This document shows positions 1 through 12,799 of a stretch of DNA of 64,000 nt, piece after piece. This stretch comes from Heterodontus francisci (taxonomy: Eukaryota). The translations under genes and the position numbers were made by a program. Position 1 is the stretch's first letter. Each line of letters starts with the position of its first letter. The notes below the pieces were generated by a model. It saw only the letters and a program-made list of their open reading frames with translations. It made no database searches and was not told the origin of the DNA. Where the stretch lies: NCBI RefSeq assembly GCF_036365525.1, contig NC_090390.1, forward strand, positions 55,906,153-55,970,152, given 5' to 3'.

Positions 1-507
1 ACCACGAGCAGGAGGCAGTGCAGAGAAGAAGGTACCTCATAGCAAGGTTGTAGACAGAGGATGAGCTACCTCCAAATGTCGGAGCAGCAGTGTCACTGAA
101 GACTGCGCCTTTCCCAGTTGGCCTTCACTATGCCTGCCTCGGTGACCTCTCGGCCTTCTCCCACTGGCAGGGCTGAACTGCTGGCTGGAGAGCTTGAGAG
201 GACCACTAAAACCAGTCTTGAGGAGATGGCTGAAGGAGCCGTGAAGTAGGTCTGAAGGAGGCCTTCAGCTGCATTCTGGTGCTGGCAGCCCTTTAAAGGT
301 GGCACCAGCACATCCATTGGAATCAGCTCCCGCCTCCAACCACTGAACAGGGTCAGCTCCAAACCACCCCTCCCCCACCACCCCCACCCCGCTTGCCAGC
401 TGTTAATTGGCCTACCGGTACGAGATTTCAGTGAGATCGGGATTCGGAGCACCACCTGCTTGCAGTCCCACCTTCCCATCCTCTCTGATTCATGCAAAAT
501 CCTGGCC
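1..507 (+). mobile_element. Internally deleted PIF/Harbinger element, right part (left end outside window)
   Basis: 1-115 encodes a decayed transposase N-terminal motif (RQRMSYLQMSEQQC*RLRL) like that at ~34500. It ends in the TIR-like AAAATCCTGGCC at 496-507, followed by ATA GTTTT. Confidence 0.65.
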
Positions 508-837
508 ATAGTTTTTAATCCCAGTTGCATGGCCAGTGAGAGATGAACAATGGCGATAATGCCCTTTCCTAATGGAGGAGAAAAAATGTGAGAGTAAACC
601 ATGCAAGGTTGTCTCGAGTCACTTCCTACGCTCTGTTGCAGAGTAACATCACCCATGGCCTGAAAACTGTTCTCAGCCAGGGATGGTGCATAGTGCAGAG
701 AGACTTGCAGAGAGAAAGGGTGAAAAAATTTTTTTTAGAGATGGGGAGATGATTTGTTGTGCATATCATAGCATAGGCTGTCAATCCTGGGGAATGTTAT
801 CCTACATCAGCATTAAACACTCCCAGATCAGGTAGGC

Positions 838-1245
838 TTGTATTTGTATAGCTCCTTTCATGACCAAAGGATGTTCCAAAGCACTTTACCACCAATGAAG
901 TATTTTTGAAGTGTAGTCACTGTGGTGCTGCAGGAAATGTGGTGGCCAATTTGTACACAACAAGCTCCCACAAACAGCAATGTGATACCGACCAGATAAT
1001 CCATTTTAGTGATGTTGGTCGAGGAATAAATATTGTCCAAGACACTGGAGATAACTCCCCTGCTGTTCTTTGAAATAGTGCCAAAGGATCTTTTATATCC
1101 ACCTGAGAGAGCAGAGGGGACCTTGGTTTAATGTCTCATCTGAAATACAGCACCTCTGACAGTGCAGCAGCCCCTCAGTACTGCACTGGACTGTTAGCCT
1201 TGATTTGAACCCACAAACTTCTGACTCAGAAGCCAGAATGTTACC
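838..1245 (-). mobile_element. Deu-domain tRNA-derived SINE (SacSINE1/AmnSINE-like)
   Basis: The minus strand shows a tRNA-like head remnant (GGGTTCAAATC), a Deu-like core (TACTGAGGGGCTGCTGCACTGTCAGAGGTGC...AGATGAGACATTAAACC) and an L2-type tail (AAAGTGCTTTGG...GCTATACAAATACAAG). Confidence 0.75.
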
Positions 1246-1315
1246 ATGGCTGGCAAAATGTGATGCAAAATGAGGCTCCCTCTGACCCTGTTACATTTTT
1301 GATTCCAAACACAGC

Positions 1316-1380
1316 AAGGCATTAACCTGGGCCTCTGGATTACTAGTCCATTGACATTACCACTCTGCCACCATCTCCCT
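1316..1380 (-). mobile_element. tRNA-like 5' head of a retroelement (fragment)
   Basis: The minus strand reads GGGAGATGGTGGCAGAGTGGTAATGTCAATGGACTAGTAATCCAGAGGCCCAGG, which is A-box-like. The rest is truncated. Confidence 0.45.
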
Positions 1381-1649
1381 GTACTTGAAATTGGTTTGAG
1401 GCTTATGACACAGGTGTTGAGTGGCCAGTACGACAGCTCAGTTGACTTCAAGCCCATTGTGGATGGAAGTTGATAATCCACCAATGAACGTTGTTGTCAG
1501 TAAACAAATGCAGACTGGGATGCATTTACCTAAGAATAGAAATAGAATACATTCAAGGACCCTGAGCAAAAAGAGATCAGAACAGCGGATGCCCAAGAGC
1601 TTGTATTTTAGGGTTTGCTTTAGTGTGGATATGTGCCAGAGGAGTGGAG

Positions 1650-2720
1650 AGTTGCCAATATAAATGCTATTTCCAAAAATGGAGGCAAAGTTAACTCGAG
1701 CAATTTCAGGGCAGTTAGTTTAATATCTGCAGTGGAGAAAATGTTGGAATCTTTAATTAAATATGTATTTACTAAATAGCTAGATGAAGAAATGGTAACT
1801 AGAAACAGCTAACATGGATTTCAGAATGGAAACAAACCTGATAGAGTTCTTTGAGGAAGTGAGAGATATGGCAGATAGGAGAACTGCAGTAGATGTAAAT
1901 GGACTTTCACAAGGTGGCACACTCGAGAAGATTAAGCAACATGAAATTAGGGTGAGGGTAGCAAATTGGACTAAAACTTCTTACAATGGGGGAAACAGAG
2001 CAGAAGAGTTAAGGGCAGTTTCACAGAGGTGTTTGAATTTGGCAGCAGTGCCTCACAAGTTTCTGTTCTGAGGTCTCTTCTGTTCACTGTGTACATGAAG
2101 GATTTGGAGATAGGACTAGAGGGACTGCTGCCCAAATTGACTGATGTTACTAAAATTGGAGGCATAGTAAATCATTCTGAAGACCAAAGAAAGCTGCAAG
2201 AAGGTATTGCTAAGATGGTGAAATAGACAAGATGCCCGATGGAATTCACTGTCAGTAAATATTGGGTGGTACATCTTGGTAATATTAATACATTGAATGG
2301 GGGATAGCGGAGTGATGTGGCAGAGTAGTAGGATTTGGGGGTTCAGTTTCAGAAGACATTAAGAGCAGCACTTCATGTGGAAAATGCAATATAAAAGCAA
2401 ACAGAATACTGGATTTTATGGCATAAAGTATGGCATATAAAATTCAAGATGATATGGTGAATCTATATAAAACCATAGACAGAGCACAATAGAGTACTGT
2501 GTGCAGTTTTTGGGCTCCACACTAAAGGCAATAGAGATGATACAGCATAGGTTCAGTAGAATACTGTCTGATATGAGGTATTACAAATGTGAGGACTTAG
2601 AAAACTGTGACCGGTTTCTTTGGTACAGAGGAGATTCATGGGTGCTTGGATAGTGATATTTAAAATTATGAAGGGATGGGAAAGACTAACTAGAAACTGA
2701 TAGTTTCCATTGGCGGGCTT
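1650..2720 (+). mobile_element. Old decayed CR1 LINE (RT and 3' region)
   Basis: ORF fragments TNLIEFFEEV...TAVDV and LFTVYMKDL...KLTDVTKIGG are degenerate CR1 RT motifs. There are many stops and indels. Confidence 0.8.
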
Positions 2721-2736
2721 AGAAGAAAGAGACATA

Positions 2737-3451
2737 GGGTTGGATTTTACGATGGGCGGATGGGAGCTGGCCATTGACGTAAAAGTCGGTGGCGAACCCG
2801 CATCCACCCAGCCCGGGGGTCCGACCCGCATTTTATGGGTCCCCAGGCTTTAATTATTTCAAGAGCTGCTGGCCAATCATCGGGCCGGCAACTTTTAGTC
2901 CCAGTAGCGCCAAGGGGAGCAGTGGCCACTCCTGGGACTGCAGCTCAGCTGAGGACATGGAGCCAGGACCGAGGTAAGCTTGGTTTGCCTCGCTGGGCAG
3001 ATCAGTTGCGGCCCGGCGAGGCAAGGGTGGTCGTTAGCGGGGGGAAGAGGTGGGGGGGCGTCTCGGGTCCTGGTGGTGGTTGGGGAAGTGGCTCCCACCC
3101 GCCCCCTGGTGCGCTGAGAGGCCGCCAAGTATCACTGGGCAGCCTTTCACGTCTACCGGACGCCCGTTTGCCATGGGTAAAATACCGGTGGAGGCGGGCA
3201 AAGGCACTTAAGTAGCCGTTAAGTGACCACCTAAGGGCCTTTATTGGCCTGGGGCAGGCGGCTTGTTTCTGGCCGCCCCACCCCCCTCCCTCCCCCCCCC
3301 ACCGCGGCCCACATAAAGTGGGGCAGAGGCAGGAGTGGGTCGGGAAGGCCTCCAAGAGCTTCCTGCTCAATTTTACGCCACCCATCACCACCCCCCCCCC
3401 CTCCCCCCACTGCCACCATCTGGCTTACTGGGGTGGCGTAAATGTTCGGCC
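2737..3451. mobile_element. Harbinger-type non-autonomous element (MITE)
   Basis: Imperfect TIRs GGGTTGGATTTTACG / CGTAAATGTTCGGCC, flanked by ATA on both sides. The interior is GC- and CpG-rich and non-coding. Confidence 0.75.
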
Positions 3452-3966
3452 ATAGATAAAAGATTAAATGTAAAAGATTTATGCTGCTAAATTTGGCTCT
3501 GTAGCATTTCTTTTTGCAGTGTTGCAGGTGTTGTTTTGGGTGCACAATGGTGTCTACACCATGTGCATTTGCTTCTGTGCAGATTGCACTGAATGCCAAT
3601 TTGGTGAGTACCTTAGTGCCGGAAATATGCAGAATAGGCAGATTGTGACGTCAGTCAGCATGTAATACTGATTTGACGCCAGAAGTGTCATTTTCGACCT
3701 CACCATTCCAGCTGATGCCCTCTCTTTAACATGCACAGCTGAACATGCATTCAGCGGCAGGAAGATCTCTCCACCAACATTATTTAAAGGGATCATCAAC
3801 TACTTTCAGGTTATTAGCTGATTGATTTCTATTGGTTGCTGTTGCTGAGTTTGCAGAACCGCTGTGAGATTTCTACTGCTACTTAATATGAGTGAAGTCT
3901 ACAGGGTGTGGTGTTGCACATGGCAAAGGCCTTGATTCTCACATCAAGGTTTCTGCTTAGAAATGT

Positions 3967-5208
3967 CATGGGTGATATAGCTACCATTCCCCTTGGCCTC
4001 CATCACGACAGGGAGATTGAGCAGAGGCAACACAGAGGAGGACAAGCTGCTCATAAAGGAAGGAGGAGGTGGAGGACGTCTCTCAACAGGAGACCATATC
4101 CATCCAGGGTATTCAGGGAGCTATTTCCTTACCTCAACCTCAGCGAGGAACAGTGTGTGCAACATCTCCATTTAACAAAGGAGGTGCACATTGAAAAATG
4201 CCACCTGTTGCAGGCAGACTTGCAGCCTCAGAACAGGGCGAGGACAGTGTTGCCAGTGACTGTAAAGGTGGCCATGAACTTCTTTGCGTTGGAGTCCCTC
4301 CAGGCTGAATTAGGCGACATCTCTCATATCTTGAAGTTTGCCTTCCACAGTTCTATAAGGCAGGTCACTGACACTATACTAGGAGAGGGGAATACATTGT
4401 ATTCTCTCTGAACAGAGAGAAGCAGATGGCGCAAGCCCATGGCTTCACCAGGATAGCAGCTTTGCCCATGGTGCAGGGTGCCATTGACTACGCATATGCT
4501 TGTGGCAACGCATCAAATGCAGAGATGTACTGCAACCACAAAGGGTTCTACTCCCTGAATGTACAGTTGCTGTGCAACCATACTCAGCAAATCATGAAGG
4601 TCAATGTGCAGTATCCTGCCAGCAGCCATGATGCCTTTATTCTGTGGCAGTCTGCTGTACCATCAGTAGTAGAGCCACCACACCAAACCTGAGGGTGGCT
4701 ACTGCGTGACAAGGACTATCCATTGACCATCTGGCTTATGACACCAATATGCAACCCAAGGACAGATGGGCAGCATGCGTATTAATGAGAGCCCTGTTGC
4801 CATACAGAATGTCATTGAGCAAACAACTGGGCTGCTTTAGCTATACTTCTGCTGCCTGGATCACTCTGGAGGAGCCCTGCAGTATTCATCAGCGCATGTG
4901 TCATGGCTTGTCATCATCTGCTGTATCCTGCACAACCTCGCCACCATGACAGCACAGCCCTTGCCACCAGTGATAAGGCGAGCAGCTGAGGAGTAGGAAG
5001 GGAGGAGGAAGCCAACGCATCCCCTTTCCATATAATAAAAGCAAAATACTGCGGATGCTGGAAATCTGAAATAAAAACAAGAAATACTGGAAATACTCAG
5101 CAGGTCTGGCAGCATCTGTGGAGAGAGAAGCAGAGTTAACGTTTCGGGTCAGTGACCCTTCTTCGGAACTGCCCCTTTCCAGCCGGGCTGTTTGGGGTCA
5201 AGTCATCT
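3967..5208 (+). pseudogene. HARBI1-like Harbinger DDE transposase, disrupted (last codons at 8091-8111)
   Basis: Motifs RRPYPSRVFRE..YLNLSEEQC, LPVTVKVA.NFFA, GFTRIAALPMVQGAID, YCNHKGFYSLNVQLLC, PASSHDAFIL, LRDKDYPL, with stops and frameshifts. Confidence 0.9.
5031..5171 (-). mobile_element. Penelope-like element 3'/pLTR fragment with hammerhead-like core
   Basis: 10-bp TSD CCCCTTTCCA (5021-5030, 5172-5181). The same sequence recurs at 5762, 27109, 33220 and 50619. Confidence 0.7.
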
Positions 5209-5499
5209 TGTGAAGGAATAAGGCCACAATAAGGGGTTACAAGGTGAAAGGAGTTATTTTCCTATGCAAAAGGGATTAAACATTTTTTTAAAGGGTTCAT
5301 CTTCCTAAAAGGTTAAAAATAAGTTCATCTCTATAATACTATAGACATGAGCCTCTGAGTAAAAGAGCTTGTCTCATCTTAGAACCATAGAGGCAGCTTC
5401 TGGTAAGAAGTCACTCCCAAATGTCACAAAGCTCACCACATGCTAAAACATTGATAACACAGTTTTCCAAACTGTCACACATGCTACCACAGTGTAACG

Positions 5500-7074
5500 A
5501 TCTCAATCATCAGTAAAGTGATGGAAGGTGTCATCACCAATACCATCCAGTGGCACTTGCTTAGCAATAACCTGCTCGGTGACGCTCAGTTTGGGTTCCA
5601 TCAGGGTTACTCAGCTCCTGACCTCATCACAGCCTTGGTTAAAACATGGACAAAAGAGCTGAACTCAAGAGGTGAGGTGAGAGTGACTGACCTTGACATC
5701 AAGACAGCATTTGACCAACTATGGCATCAAGGAACCCTCACAAAACTGAAGTCAATGGGAAACAAAAACAAGAAATGCTGGAATCACTCAGCAGGTCTGG
5801 CAGCATCTGTGGAAAGAGAAGCAGAGTTAACGTTTCGGGTCAGTGACCCTTCTTCGGAACTGACAAATATTAGAAAAGTCACAGATTATAAGCAAGTGAG
5901 GTGGGGGTGGGGCAAGAGATAACAAAGGAAAAGGTGCAGATTGGACCAGGCCACATAGCTGACCAAAAGGTCACGGAGCAAAGGCAAACAATATGTTAAT
6001 GGTGTGTTGAAGTCAATGGGAATCGGGGGAAAACTCTCCACTGGTTGGAGTCATACCTAGCACAAAGGAAGATGGTTGTGGTTGTTGGAGGTCAATCATC
6101 TCAGCTCCAGGACATCACTGCAAGAGTTCCTCAGGGTAGTGGTCTAGGCCCAACCATCTTCAGCTGCTTCGTCAATGACTTTCCTTCAATCATAAGGTCA
6201 GAAGTGGGGATGTTCGCTGATGATTGCACAATGTTCAGCACCATTCGTGACGCCTCAGATACTGAAGCAGTCTGTGTAGAAATGCAGCAAGACCTGGACA
6301 ATATCCAGGCTTGGGCTGATAAGTGGCAAGTAACATTCGCGCCACACAAGTGCCAGGCAATGACTATCTCCAACAAGAGAGAACCTAACCATCTCCCCTT
6401 GACATTCAATGGCATTACCATTGCTGAATCCCAACTGAAGTAGCCATATAAATACCGTGGCTACAAGAGCAGGTCAGAGGCTAGGAATCCTGTGACGAGT
6501 AACTCATCTCCTGACTCCCTGACTCCCTTTCCACCTTTCCACCATCTACAAGGCACAAGTCAGGAGTGTGTTGGAATACTCTCCACTTGCCTGGATGGGT
6601 TCAGCTCCAACACTCAAGAAGCTCGACACCATCCAGAACAAAGCGGCCCACTTGATTGGCACCCCATCCACAAAGATTCACTTCCTCCACCACCGACGCA
6701 CAGTGGCAGCAGTGTGTACCATCTACAAGATGAACTGCAGCAACACACCAAGGCTCCTTAGACAGCACTTTCCAAACCCGCAACCTCTACCAACTAGAAG
6801 GACAAGGGCAGCAAATACATGGGAACACCACCACCTGCAAGTTCCCCTCCAAGTCACACACCATCCTGACTTGGAACTATATCGCCATTCCTTCACTGTC
6901 GCTGGGTCAAAATCCTGGAACTCCCTTCCTAACAGCACTGTGGGTGTACCGAACTCGCATGGACTGCAGCAGTTCAAGGAGGCAGCTCATCACCACCTTC
7001 TCAAGAGCAATTAGGGATGGGCAATAAATGCTGGCCTAGCTAGCGATGCCCACATCCCATGACTGAATAAAAAA
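5500..7074 (+). mobile_element. 5'-truncated CR1-group LINE (RT and 3' end), a family distinct from the other CR1s here
   Basis: RT motifs AQFGF..GYSAPDL, DIKTAFD, VPQGSGLGP, MFADD, WADKWQVTF. It ends with CCCACATCCCATGACTGAATAAAAAA. Confidence 0.88.
5762..6007 (-). mobile_element. Penelope-like 3' fragment inserted into the LINE
   Basis: 15-bp TSD TGAAGTCAATGGGAA (5747-5761, 6008-6022). It contains the same core as 5031-5171. Confidence 0.75.
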
Positions 7075-8774
7075 GGATGGTTTTATGCTGATAACCTAAA
7101 ACCACAGTCAACTGAATTTTTGACAAAGCTAACCAAACCCAAAAACTGAATGTGAAGCTTGAAACACAGTTAGATACTAATGAAAATTGATCATCACGAA
7201 GCTTGCAACTTCATTTTCTTAGAAATCAATGAGGCTCAGACTTCACCTAGAAATTAATAGTTATACACCCTTTCTTAGGAATCAAAGAGGATGGACCTTA
7301 CCTAAAAATAAAGCGGGGTTAGGGGGGATGGGGGGGGGTGCTACCTTACTTGCAGTTGAGGTAACACCCCCATACCTAAGAAATTAGTTATTCAAATTGA
7401 AAAACAGTATAAATATTGGAAACACAGATTGGATTTTTATATTTGTTGGACTCGCTCAAACATCTCACATGGTAGAGGTATGACTATTGGAGTGAGGTGA
7501 TGATAATTCTCCCCTTAACTGGGGCAGAGGTATCTCGCTAACTCTGTAGACTTCTACTCGGAGATTTAAGGTATATGTTATTTTAATATTTTATTTAAAT
7601 ATTTTACTGTAACATGATTTGGATTTAAAAATTGGATTCTGTACTAGAAACAAGATTGTACTTTCCTTTCCTCAAACTATTAATGTTGTAATTTACTATC
7701 TCACCAACTGTGAATTGCATGTTCGGTTCTATAATAAACTTTTATATAGTTTAGAAATTATATTGTCTCACATAGTCTTCTGTGTCACTAATTTGTGACC
7801 CCATCCCCGTACACTCTTTGTTGGGGAGGTACATTACTGAAGAGAGATTCCTGGACCCTCATAATGTCCAGGTTATTATAATCTGGCTGACACTTGTTAA
7901 AAAGGCTATCTGAAGAATGGTAATATTCTCAGCTGGTTCTTTTCCTTTAGAGAGAGTTAGATTAGTCCTTAGATCCATTCAAGTGTCTTAAGGTTCTGAC
8001 TTTCTCAACCTTAAGCTGAGAGTGATCATCTAAGAAGTATGCCTGATCCGGGATAACGCCAAAAAGGGGCTAGAATTATAAACCACAACAATCTGACTAC
8101 AGTACCAGTGAACCCCAATTCCACATTCAACAGCAATCCCACATCTCACCTTCCTTCTGTCACTGACCATCACAGCGTCCTCTTGACAAAATGCTAAAAA
8201 AGGCACCACAAAACAACCATTCAAAACCAACTTTATCAAACAAACAATCCAATATTCCACACAAAAGTGAACTAATGATTCTTATGCATTTCCTTAGTGC
8301 CTGTCTTCCCTGTGCCTTTGTCTGTCCTAGTGTTCCTATGCAGTGCTACCCCTATGACTGCAGCATGGCTTGTGGAAGGCTGCTGACTTTTAGTAGGAAA
8401 GACTGCAAGTAGACTCGGAGGATGTCCTAGAACAACTCTGGCCTTAGAAGGCCTGGTTTTGGACTGCACCACCTGGGCATGGGCAGCAGCAGTCTGGGCT
8501 GGCTGGCAGACTGGCAACAGCATGGGCATGGGTGCAGTGGCAGTGGTGGGAGAATGAATATTGTCACCCTGAGGGTGGACTGCAGGTTCGTGTGCCATGG
8601 TGGTGCCTCAGCAATCCTGGTAATCTTTTGGAGGACAGATTGCTGGACTGCTGCGAGACTCTGCAATCCTCTTTGAGCACTGGTATCATAAACCATGATG
8701 GCAGCAGAATGAGCCTGTGTGGCAGCAATTTGCACTTACATAGCAACAAGCTGAGATTTCATGACCTCAGTCTG

Positions 8775-8829
8775 AGACATCCGGTGATTGTGAAAAACAC
8801 TATATAAATGCAAGTCTTTCTTTTTTTTT
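8775..8829 (+). mobile_element. Short L2/Deu-SINE-type 3' tail insertion
   Basis: GTGAAAAACACTATATAAATGCAAGTCTTTCTTTTT matches the tail type of the SINE at 838-1245. Confidence 0.55.
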
Positions 8830-9463
8830 GGTTACTCACCACATGCCGATTCCACCTCTGTGCTACCCTCTGAAGTACATGCGGTGTCAATGTCTGAGCT
8901 AAGGGCTGCAGGCGTGAGATCGAGTGAAGGTGTTTCATCATCATCAGTCTCTTCTACCTCTTGCCCGTCACACTTCTGTACTATTGCCTGGCCAGGTAGC
9001 AGTTCTTGGTATCTGAAAGGAGAAAAGTACAAGGGTAGTATTGCAGTGAGTGGAGGGGGGAAAGCAAGTGGTGCATGCTTACACCATCTGCAGCATGTAA
9101 ATTAGAAGGGAGTGTGGGATAAGAAGGAACTGGGATATGAGAAGAAGGTTTAGATAGGAACATACTGACATATTTGATCCTTTCAAACCCACTGCTGACC
9201 ACAGCCTCAGTCATGCCCAATCCAATGATAGCATGCACCATCTCCTCCATCGAAGTGAGGATACGCAGCCTTGCCTGTCTCCCGCCTGTTAGGTGTTTCT
9301 GCCTTCAGTTGTGCACCACCTTGTCCGGCAGGAGAGAGGAAAGTGTGTCAGTGAGTGTGCAATATCTTTGGGTGGTGTGGCTGTCATGGTTGAACAGCTG
9401 GCAGTGTGTACAAGCTGTGAGAAGTGGGTGTGAGGTTTGCAGCAATGCTAAGTGTGTGAAGGT

Positions 9464-9709
9464 TGTCATGTGTTCTCTTAAGCAACACAATGAGGTACGT
9501 GGATTCTAGTTCCTTGAAGATCTCTAGAAGGTTTATTAACAGCTAAACTATTATATACAATACAGCGAAAACTATATACAGAACCTTTGTCCAGGGTGTT
9601 ACAGTGCAGAGTGACTATGGCTTCTAGTCACATGACTACATCCTGGTATTTAGCTTATTAGCATACTGAGTTCTTAAAGGGACATCACACTTAAAGGGAT
9701 CATACAACA
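9464..9709 (-). repeat. Gypsy 3' LTR
   Basis: Direct repeat of 13907-14159 with TG..CA ends, adjacent to the PPT. Confidence 0.9.
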
Positions 9710-12700
9710 TCCCCTTTCTTTCCAAAGATAAGTCTCATATGCTATAAGTAAAAACACATAAAATTGGCTAATAGCATGATTAGTTATACAAGCCTAGAGA
9801 TTACAAAATTTACAAGTATAAGGATAGGGATGTGAAATTTACGATTGCAGAAGTTTAAGAGTCCATATATCGTTACGGTGGCTTGACAACTATTCCACAT
9901 CTTGATACGGTATAACCTTCTGGGGATGTGGATTTGACCTTTGGCTGTTCTTGGCTTGCAGACGTCTTGTCACTGTGTTGTTTGTCATCCTGTCGTTCTG
10001 TCATATGCTTATGGTTGGAGTGTGTTCTTTCGAGTCTGCTGTGTGCAATTGCGCACTTTTCTTAATTGGCTTTGGTTCCTCCTCAACACTGCTCCATTAG
10101 ATGTTGTAACCTCGTAAGACCTAGGCTCACTGCATACTTTGGATACCTCTGCAAGTAACTATGTTCTCATTGTAGGGTGTATGATCCTGACCTTTTGTCC
10201 TACATGTAGCTGAGGTAGTTCTGCCCCTGGATGGCAGTCATGCACCATCTTCATTCTCCCTTGCTTCTCGAGCAGTATCTCCTACATCTCAGAGACTTTA
10301 GACAGATGATGGCTTGGCAGAATCATTCTCACTTGTCTGTCAAACATGATCTCTACTGGTGACGATAAGCCCATATGGCCTTGGTGAAGTTGTGGAAAGA
10401 TGTTCTGTCGGAGACCTTTGGGCACAAGCGTTTGTTTGCCTTTGAAGGTTACACCTCTCGAGATACCAAGTTCATCTCTATAAGGCCAAAAGCATCTGCG
10501 GGTTTCTGGCTCCACTTTTATCATATCAAGCCATCCTTCTATGATGACTGTCTACATGCCTTCAGTTGTATATCATTGGCTTTTTCTGATTGCAGTTGGT
10601 CACATTTGTGCCGACCAAAATGCAATAAATTGATATTGAGCACATCTTCCACCTCGATGTCCGTGCTGTCTACATGTAGATCCAGTGGAACTTCTTCATT
10701 CTTGCTCAGGTTTGGCAATCTGCTCAGTGCATCTGAGGTGACCATTTTGGTATCCGGTTTGTAGCAGATGTCGAAGTAGTACTCCTGTACCTTCACTAAA
10801 AGTCGCTGTAGTCGAGGTGGTGCGCTTGTCAATGGTTTGCACCAGATCATCTCCAGTGGTTTGTGGTCATTTCCACAGTGAACTCCTTGCCGAACAGGTA
10901 GGTGTGGAACCTTGTGATCCCAAACACCAGAACAAGTGTTTCACGCTCTATGTTTGAGTTATTGGATTGTTCTGAGAATAAACCTTTGGATCTGAATGCA
11001 ATTGGTTTACCATCCTGCAGGATGCACGCTCCTAGCCCTTTCTGTGAGGAGTTGACTTCCAGGATTGTCTTCTTCCTTGGATCTTAGTACTGCAGGGTAC
11101 AGGTTTGTGCTGACAATGCTTGTTTGAGAGACTCAAACATATACTGATGGTCCACCTGCCATACAAATGGTATGTCTTTCTTTAAGAGCTCTCTCAGTGA
11201 AGATGCTTTGTCAGAAAAATTTAGAAAGTATGGTGCCAAGAAGTTGAAACATCCAAGGCATCTCTGTAGATCTTCCTTGTCTTGTGGGGTAGGCATATGC
11301 CTTACATCTTCGACTTTGCCTGGGTCAGGACGGATTCCACAATCAGAATAGATGGAGCCCAAGAAATTGATCTGACTTACATTCACCTGGCATTTCTTGC
11401 TGTGAAAAACGAGCCCTTCATGACAAGCTACTGCCATTAGTGAATGAAGATTTCGATCATGCTCTTCTTTAGTTTTGCCCATTACTGCAATATCATCGGC
11501 ATTGCATATACATCCAGACTCGTTTGCCGAAACAGATCTAGACTGACAGATAAGCCGAAGGGTAATCTCTGGAAGCAATATCTTCCAAATGATGTTCTGA
11601 AGGTGGTCCTGAGATTCCTTAGCTAGATCCATGTTTAGCATCCAACTTGGAGAAGAATTTGGCTCTTATGAATTTGGGATTCAATTCCTCTAATGTTGGA
11701 ATCTTGTGGGGGCATCTCTTTAGGGAGAGGTTTAGATGCCTCGGATCTAGACATACCCTGATTTCTCCGTCCTTCTTTACTATGCACATAATTCAGCTGC
11801 ACCAGTCTGGGTGATGATGCACACGATGAATGATGTCATTGCATTCCATGTCATCCAACTCATGCTAAGTTTTTTTTGTATGTGCACGCTGCACTTTCTG
11901 GGAGGGTCTACCTGACAGAATTGCATCCTCTCTGAGGTGAAGTATGGCATCACCTCTGAAGTCTCCGATGGACTTTGTGTATCGGCTTGTGTTTATGCCA
12001 GTCTCTGGTGCTTTCATTGCTCCAGTTGTCATGTTGCTGCGCCTGTCTTCTGTTTGTTTGTGTCCTTTTGTGACTTCTGGTTGTGTATTTGGAGCCAAAT
12101 TTCTTGCATAGACAGGTCCAGTGTCCTTTTGCACTGCACGCCTTGCACAAATCTTGAAATGCAGGACAACCTCTCAGTGAGTGGGACAAACCACACAGCT
12201 TGCTTGCTTTTTGTGACCTGGTTACCATGCCAATTCTGTCGGCTGCACCTAGTGCATGCAGATGCTGTTGTCCAGCTACAATGGTTTCATATTTCTTGCC
12301 ATCTTCTAGCAGCGCAACAATGCTGTGACATTTCTTTATCCCCAAGAGGTCTTTTTGAAATACTTCAATAGGTGTTGAGACAATCTCCAGCTCCATTATT
12401 CGCTCCGACAACTCAGTTTCTGAAAAATGGCATTTGTTGCCCTTACTACAGCATCTACTGATGAACTGGTCTATTGATTCCTGTGGCTGTTGCTTGTAGG
12501 ACATCAATTCCAGGCAATGAATTCTAAAATTCACTCTTACCTGAAACCGATCTTCGAGCGCTTTCCATTTCTTTGTGGGATCTTTCTGGTCCTGTTCAGA
12601 TAAGCCAGAGGGATTGATTCTGTATAACCCCTCATTTCCAACTGCTATCAGTATTTTCACAGCCTGCTTCTCTGGTTCTGCAACTGCTTGGTCTATGAAG

Positions 12701-12799
12701 CATAACTGTATTCTTTGTTTAAAAAGTTTGAACTCAGATAGGATATCAATGGCCTTCTAGTTCATGCTGGGAAATTTGATAGCCATCCTTCTACTGTTC

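Larger units (their letters stand above)
5209..8090 (+). mobile_element. Solo LTR (~1.3 kb) interrupted by a LINE
   Basis: TG...CA termini (TGTGAAGG...CACAACA), 4-bp TSD ATCT (5205-5208, 8091-8094) and AATAAA near 7733. The Harbinger transposase rejoins across it. Confidence 0.75.

Noticed and set aside
2553-3599. Cluster of overlapping Gly/Pro-rich ORFs and G-runs
   Set aside because: This is a by-product of the GC-rich MITE. G/C tracts here and at 31960-32010 and 33680-33730 could form G-quadruplexes, but nothing indicates function.
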